NCBI GenBank assembly: GCA_024278215.1
Contig: JAJRTR010000182.1
Span: 1-64,000, forward strand
Length of the DNA: 64,000 bases
Reading direction: 5' to 3'
From: a bacterium
GTDB taxonomy: Bacteria > UBP15 > UBA6099 > JAJRTR01
Below the pieces are notes generated by a model. It worked only from the letters and a program-made list of their open reading frames with translations, was not told the origin of the DNA and ran no database searches. Position 1 is the stretch's first letter, and each line of letters opens with the position of its first letter. A program made the translations under genes and the position numbers. This document shows, piece by piece, positions 59,188 to 64,000 of this stretch.

Positions 59188-61026
59188 ATGAAGAAATTAA
59201 GTTATATTGCAGCAGCGACAATGATTGCCATCGCCGGATTTATCGCCGGATGCGGCGGGGGCGGCGGCACGACAGCTACAAACAGTCCGACTAACTACAG
59301 ATATGGCAATATTAAAGCAAATGTCAATTTCGGCGTAACTTCGGCGGCGAAAACTGCCGCCAGGAATGCGAACAACGGAAGTGATTTTACTGTCGAGGAA
59401 CTCGCAATACCCACATCCACAAAGATGTACCAGGGATGCGAGAACTGGATACTCGAGAAGACGACTTACAACTTTGACGACAATTATTCACGTGTGGCCG
59501 GTTCAACAACATCTTCTTCCTCTGAGTATTACTCCATTAAACCTCCGGCAAGTCTGGCCGCATCAAGCACGGTTCCCGTGTACCTGTGGGTAGCAAAAAA
59601 CCCCGGGTATCTTGCCGAACATTACGCGAAATCACTTGAAAACACCGGCAACACGGATGTTAATCCCGTGGCGAGCGCCTGCGCCATGCTTTCATGCTCC
59701 GGATGGAGCACCGACCTGAACGCCCCGATAGGTTGTTCCGGCGAGTTCGATATCAAAAACGTCGCCGTCGGCGACAATCTTCTCCTCGAGGCCAGTGCCT
59801 ATGCGTGGGACGACGACGGCTGTTACAATATGTCTACAAACTCATACGAAGCCTGCTTCATCCAGAAACATTTCGTCGCGGGACTGGTTGCTTCCGTTGT
59901 CGAAGGCCAGTATACGACCGGCGTGGAAATCACCCCCACATCGACACTCGTCGCTATATCTGCGATGGCTTATGCCACGGACACAGGGCAACTGCTGTCG
60001 AGTATTTCACAGACCGACGTCAACAAGATAATTACCGCTGTAAGCGGCACGAGCGGTTTGTTCCCGTCAGGCATCAAGTACGGAGAGACGACCTATAGCG
60101 GATCGACACTGCAAAACTACTATTCATTTACCAATACAATTGTGGAATCGGTATTGAACAGCGCCGGTCTGAGTGGTCCGCATTTGTCTTCATTCTCTCC
60201 GGAAAGCGGATCGAAAATCACTTATGATGCCCCGGTGTTCAAAGCGGTGTTCAACGAAGCGCTCGACACATCAGTCACTCCGACAGGCTTCACCGCGACA
60301 ATAACCAACAGTTACACCGGTAACACATTCACCATCAACAACTCGAATGCAACAGACTACGGCACATTCTCCTATGAGAGCTCGGGAAGCGCCACAGACA
60401 CGCTCGTGTATACCCTGAAATCAAGCAGTGTTCTGTCCGCCGCCGGCCTTCATACACTGTCGGCAAACTCTTCTTACTATATATCGGATTTCTCGATGCC
60501 GACAAATATCAAGAATGCGGACGGCGAACCGTGGATCGCATCGCTTGATTCCCTTATGCCGTATTATTTCTACATTTACACATACACCGGGCCGGTTCTC
60601 GTCTCGACATCTCCGGCAAACGGCGCGGCCGACGTCGCCTACGACGGGACGACCTTCGACGCGGTCTTCAACATGGCTCTGGACACTTCCGTCACACCAT
60701 CCGGCTTCTCTGTTTCTCTGGTCAACAGCAGCACCGGTGGCTATCTGACTATAGACGACACGAACATTTCGGACTACGGCACTTACTCTTACATTACAAC
60801 TACCGTGACGAATGATACGCTCCGTTTTACGCTGAAATCCAGCTCCGAACTCTCGGCCGCGGGCCTGAGCACACTCTATTCCGGAACCACATACACGATC
60901 TCAAACTACACCCTGCCTGCCAACGTAAAGGATTCGGCGGGCAACATCGCTTATGACCCCAATAGTGTTGTTCCCTCCGAGAATGTTCAGTTCACGACTG
61001 AATACGGAAGCGATTACGAGTATTGA
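59188..61026 (+). CDS. Lipoprotein with two tandem Big_5-like Ig domains
   Basis: Lipobox IAGC then GGGGG; internal repeats beginning at 60175 and 60589 (GP.L....P..G...F.AVFN.ALDTSVTP.GF). Confidence 0.82.
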   Translation: MKKLSYIAAATMIAIAGFIAGCGGGGGTTATNSPTNYRYGNIKANVNFGVTSAAKTAARNANNGSDFTVEELAIPTSTKMYQGCENWILEKTTYNFDDNYSRVAGSTTSSSSEYYSIKPPASLAASSTVPVYLWVAKNPGYLAEHYAKSLENTGNTDVNPVASACAMLSCSGWSTDLNAPIGCSGEFDIKNVAVGDNLLLEASAYAWDDDGCYNMSTNSYEACFIQKHFVAGLVASVVEGQYTTGVEITPTSTLVAISAMAYATDTGQLLSSISQTDVNKIITAVSGTSGLFPSGIKYGETTYSGSTLQNYYSFTNTIVESVLNSAGLSGPHLSSFSPESGSKITYDAPVFKAVFNEALDTSVTPTGFTATITNSYTGNTFTINNSNATDYGTFSYESSGSATDTLVYTLKSSSVLSAAGLHTLSANSSYYISDFSMPTNIKNADGEPWIASLDSLMPYYFYIYTYTGPVLVSTSPANGAADVAYDGTTFDAVFNMALDTSVTPSGFSVSLVNSSTGGYLTIDDTNISDYGTYSYITTTVTNDTLRFTLKSSSELSAAGLSTLYSGTTYTISNYTLPANVKDSAGNIAYDPNSVVPSENVQFTTEYGSDYEY

Positions 61027-61060
61027 ATCGAAAAGCAGGAATTTATTGTACAGATACCGC

Positions 61061-61087
61061 CCCGGCGCAACCGCGCCGGGGTTTTTT
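61061..61087 (+). terminator. Intrinsic terminator
   Basis: CCCGGCGC-AACC-GCGCCGGG-GTTTTTT. Confidence 0.8.
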
Positions 61088-61199
61088 CATGGTGCCTGCA
61101 ACACTTGCGCTGTGCCTGCAAAAGGCCCCGGATTCCCGTCTGCCACCACGGATCCCGGATTCCGCACAAAGAAATCCGGAAAACATCGGCAACTCTTTT

Positions 61200-62183
61200 T
61201 CATTTCTCATCAGTCGGCAGAGCAGGCGATTTTTTGTGGAATTCGTCGGATTCTTTGTCCCATCCGTTTTTCTTGATCAAATCAACTATCTCACGGGTAC
61301 GTTCAAGATCCTTTTCATCGAAAAGCTCGAAATGGCCTTTGATAGCCATGAACATGAATCTGAACTTATTGAAAGCTTTGTCCTTGTAGGCGTTTACAGT
61401 TCTTTTCGTCAATTTTGCGACGACATCGGATGGCAGGTTATTGCTAAGAACGAAAATCCAGTTGTGTTCGCCCTGTGTGCAAGCGACAGGTTCGAGTTCG
61501 ACAGGTTCGCCGGTGCTGTTTTTACCGCCGCTGATTCCACCGCCCACAAACAACTGGTGCTCGTCGGCAGTAAAACAGTCGATTTCCCCGGCAGACAGTG
61601 CGTCCACAAGATTGGAGGGGGGAGAATCATACACGAATACAGTGTCGCCGAAAAATTCGGACATTGTTTTGTCTATACCGTTCTCATGGAGCAGCAGGCG
61701 GGTGTAGATTGTATTTGTGCCGCCCCAGGTTTTTCCTTCCAGTTCGCTTATCTTTTCAATCCCCTGTCCACGCTCGACATATATACATTGTTTCGAGTAC
61801 TTCGCTTTATTAAAAGTCACAGTGAATGCGGGGGTCGCCAGCGCTTTTACCTTGTTTTCTATCTGTACATAGCCTGCTGCGCTTGAAAAGATCGTTATAT
61901 CCGCCCGCCCCTCCTTGAGCGCAGTATAAGCCATGTCCGCTTCATCCTGAGCATATCTGTAAGGGACGATTTCCACGTTTACATCGAATCCGGTTTCCTT
62001 ACCCAGCGTAATGCAGAATTCACGCAGAAGTTTTGTCAGGCTGCTGCCCACCATAGATTCATTCACAGGAAGGTACACAGCCAGTGTGTTGTCTTCATCG
62101 GCAGCGCGCGCGGTTGCGGCGTGAAGCGCAACGGCGGCAAGTATGACAAAAATAAATCCGGCTGATAATCGCAGTTTCGACAT
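61200..62183 (-). CDS. PhnD/SsuA-type periplasmic substrate-binding protein, orphan; paralog of 35245-36216
   Basis: Signal peptide; shares WGG, GEH.WIF and F.FxFxAIKGHF motifs with the paralog. Confidence 0.7.
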   Translation of the reverse strand: MSKLRLSAGFIFVILAAVALHAATARAADEDNTLAVYLPVNESMVGSSLTKLLREFCITLGKETGFDVNVEIVPYRYAQDEADMAYTALKEGRADITIFSSAAGYVQIENKVKALATPAFTVTFNKAKYSKQCIYVERGQGIEKISELEGKTWGGTNTIYTRLLLHENGIDKTMSEFFGDTVFVYDSPPSNLVDALSAGEIDCFTADEHQLFVGGGISGGKNSTGEPVELEPVACTQGEHNWIFVLSNNLPSDVVAKLTKRTVNAYKDKAFNKFRFMFMAIKGHFELFDEKDLERTREIVDLIKKNGWDKESDEFHKKSPALPTDEK

Positions 62184-62272
62184 GGGGCTCACCTCTCTGC
62201 AACAATTGTATTACGAAAAACCACAGCACTGCAAGCGAAATATCGCAGTATCGTGAATTCACGCTTGGAGAC

Positions 62273-62298
62273 AAAAAAACATCCCGCCCGGAGATGCC
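62273..62298 (-). terminator. Probable intrinsic terminator
   Basis: Minus strand GGCATCTCCGGGCGGGATG-TTTTTTT. Confidence 0.6.
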
Positions 62299-62355
62299 TG
62301 TATTTTATGAATAAATGATAATATTTCTGTTTATCTTACATCGCCGATTACAAAA

Positions 62356-62583
62356 TCATCTTGCCATCAGGCTGAGTTGTCTGTTGAGTGCCGAGTTGAG
62401 GGTGCGCACTCTGGATTCGAGTTCACGTGCCATTGCGAGTTCCGGCAGCGCATTCGTTCTTGACGGTTTCGGGATAGACGGACATTGTGTTGCCGAACGT
62501 GTGTGCACGGCATCGACCGGGGTATATATGATGTGTGCTCTTGCGGGTTTGTAGGTTATTTTATCGTAAAGAAATGTTGACAT
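62356..62583 (-). CDS. Small hypothetical protein
   Basis: GGGAGG RBS, downstream terminator, C-terminal coiled-coil-like segment. Confidence 0.5.
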   Translation of the reverse strand: MSTFLYDKITYKPARAHIIYTPVDAVHTRSATQCPSIPKPSRTNALPELAMARELESRVRTLNSALNRQLSLMAR

Positions 62584-62723
62584 TTTTTCCTCCCTGATCT
62601 TCAGCCGCGAAAACGTCCATGTTTCCTATATTTATATTTATCGGACGAATCGGGTGGAACTTTAACATTTTTTGTGATATTGATAATTCGATTGAAGATT
62701 ATGCGGAAAAAAAGAAAATTATT

Positions 62724-62902
62724 GGGCAAATTACAAAATTATGTTCGAAGCGAGGTCGAACGAAATTTTTCATAAGCAAGGCGGAGGTGCAAAATCCCCG
62801 CAGGCGTACTCGCCGAGTACGTTGAGGATGATTTTGTGCCGACAACGCAGCTATGGGCAATTGCAGTCGACCGCAGCCAAATCATAATTTTGCAATTGGC
62901 TC
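62724..62902. mobile_element. MITE family A (179 bp)
   Basis: Degenerate left TIR, intact right TIR; 4-bp duplication TATT. Confidence 0.9.
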
Positions 62903-63001
62903 TATTGTAAAAACAGCATTTATTTATATATCAGGGTTCATTTATCACAGTTTTTTGACGAAAACTAATATAAGAAAGCGTCAGAGAAAACGGTATTGGA
63001 C

Positions 63002-63193
63002 ATGTGGATTGAAGAAGAAACAGAAAAGTGTGAATCGCGCAAGCAGCGGGATTATGTGCGCGACATGAACGATCTGATCAATGCCGAACGTGAGCGTGTC
63101 CTGAGGATTATGAAAAGAATCGACAAGTCGATGGAAGCCGTCCGGAAGACTCAGCGAATCACCGGAAAGAACACTCCGGAGAGCGATAGATAA
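63002..63193 (+). CDS. Small charged helical hypothetical protein
   Basis: Protein-like composition only. Confidence 0.35.
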   Translation: MWIEEETEKCESRKQRDYVRDMNDLINAERERVLRIMKRIDKSMEAVRKTQRITGKNTPESDR

Positions 63194-63338
63194 TTCATTG
63201 ATTCTCCGCAATACTACTATTTCAATGCTCCGGACTGAAGTCCGAGGTATCTATTGGTGTCGTTCCTGCGAAGGAGGAATCCAGTTTCTTTTTGCGGGAC
63301 CCGGGAGCCCGATCTACAGTTTTGTCAGTACTGATGGG

Positions 63339-63376
63339 CGTGCCCAAACAAAAACGGTTTGAGCACGGCACACATG
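63339..63376. repeat. REP-like hairpin family H
   Basis: CGTGCCCAAAC...GTTTGAGCACGGCACACA; also at 98-133, 43582-43617 and partially at 9181-9197. Confidence 0.8.
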
Positions 63377-63400
63377 GTTTGATTCGTGTGTAATCAGTCC

Positions 63401-63491
63401 CAATACTGTTCAGTTAGGACTCAATAATGCACAAAAAACCAGTATTTATCAAGATATTCGTTGTATCTGTGCCCTTAACTTAACGGTATTG
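63401..63491. mobile_element. 91-bp MITE with IS4-like ends
   Basis: CAATACTGTTCAGTTAGG vs reverse complement CAATACCGTTAAGTTAAG; flanks TAATCAGTCC / TAATTAGCCC (8/10). Confidence 0.7.
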
Positions 63492-63495
63492 TAAT

Positions 63496-63577
63496 TAGCC
63501 CGCATATTTCACAAATGCGGGTTCAAAAACAGGAAGAATGCCTGTAATACAAGGCGCGGCAAGTGAGTGGTGAGGGA
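63496..63577. repeat. Truncated MITE family B
   Basis: Aligns to the first ~80 nt of the 32776 copy. Confidence 0.85.
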
Positions 63578-63647
63578 ATTCTTGCAGAATATCTGAATTT
63601 GCACAAGTTCAGATACAGGAAACACGCACTCAAAACGGAGCCGCCTG

Positions 63648-64000
63648 TTATTTCTGTTGTATATACGGCTTTTCGCCCAGGTTCTCGAACCAGTTGGGCG
63701 GGAATTCTTCGGTAAATACCGAAGGGGCAAGCGGTATATTGAACCTGTAGTTTGTATAGGTGGACAAGTTGATAAATGTGTATGGGAGTTTGCTGACTTT
63801 TGTTTTCCACTTCGAACTGACAGGAAACCAGTAGTCGTTCATTTTTTCATAGTCGATTACGCCGTTTATCGAGACTTTCATATCTGACGAATTAACCAGC
63901 CCAAGGAACTTAAGAACAATGTACCGCTCTTTGTCTATATACCAGGTCATTGGAAAAATGATCTTGTTTTCCACACTTTTAGGTATCAGGGTGACGCGGA
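63648..64000 (-). CDS. 3' part of a LolA-like / outer-membrane lipoprotein-sorting protein (5' end outside the window)
   Basis: RVTLIPK...WYIDKE...Y.N...N..L..SVF pattern; frame open to the window end. Confidence 0.55.
   Translation of the reverse strand, partial: RVTLIPKSVENKIIFPMTWYIDKERYIVLKFLGLVNSSDMKVSINGVIDYEKMNDYWFPVSSKWKTKVSKLPYTFINLSTYTNYRFNIPLAPSVFTEEFPPNWFENLGEKPYIQQK

Noticed and set aside
1..64000. CRISPR array, tRNA/rRNA, retron or DGR
   Set aside because: Repeats are dispersed with TIRs rather than regularly spaced; I saw no cas, reverse transcriptase or RNA-gene signatures

Overview
64-kb chromosomal window from a moderately GC-rich bacterium with an outer membrane (it encodes a lipid A acyltransferase, a GT9 and an outer-membrane barrel). 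The lineage cannot be assigned from the sequence alone. There are about 47 protein genes: housekeeping genes (typA, aroB, a FabG-like SDR, iolO, rfbB, rfbD), a glycosyltransferase cluster (20-27.5 kb) containing a frameshifted GT2-radical SAM fusion, two hybrid histidine kinases, two STAS proteins, carbohydrate-active enzymes and many secreted or lipoprotein genes of unknown function. I found no rRNA, tRNA, CRISPR array, integrase or intact transposase. The most distinctive signal is intergenic: at least 8 families of short non-autonomous elements (MITEs with readable terminal inverted repeats and 2-, 4-, ~8-, ~10- and 11-bp target duplications, plus REP-like hairpins). These elements nest inside each other, pile up in hotspots, and supply a stop codon and possibly an RBS to host genes. 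Two families with different ends share a structured internal core. All calls come from reading motifs by eye; no database searches or folding programs were run, and start codons were adjusted using RBS and signal-peptide cues.
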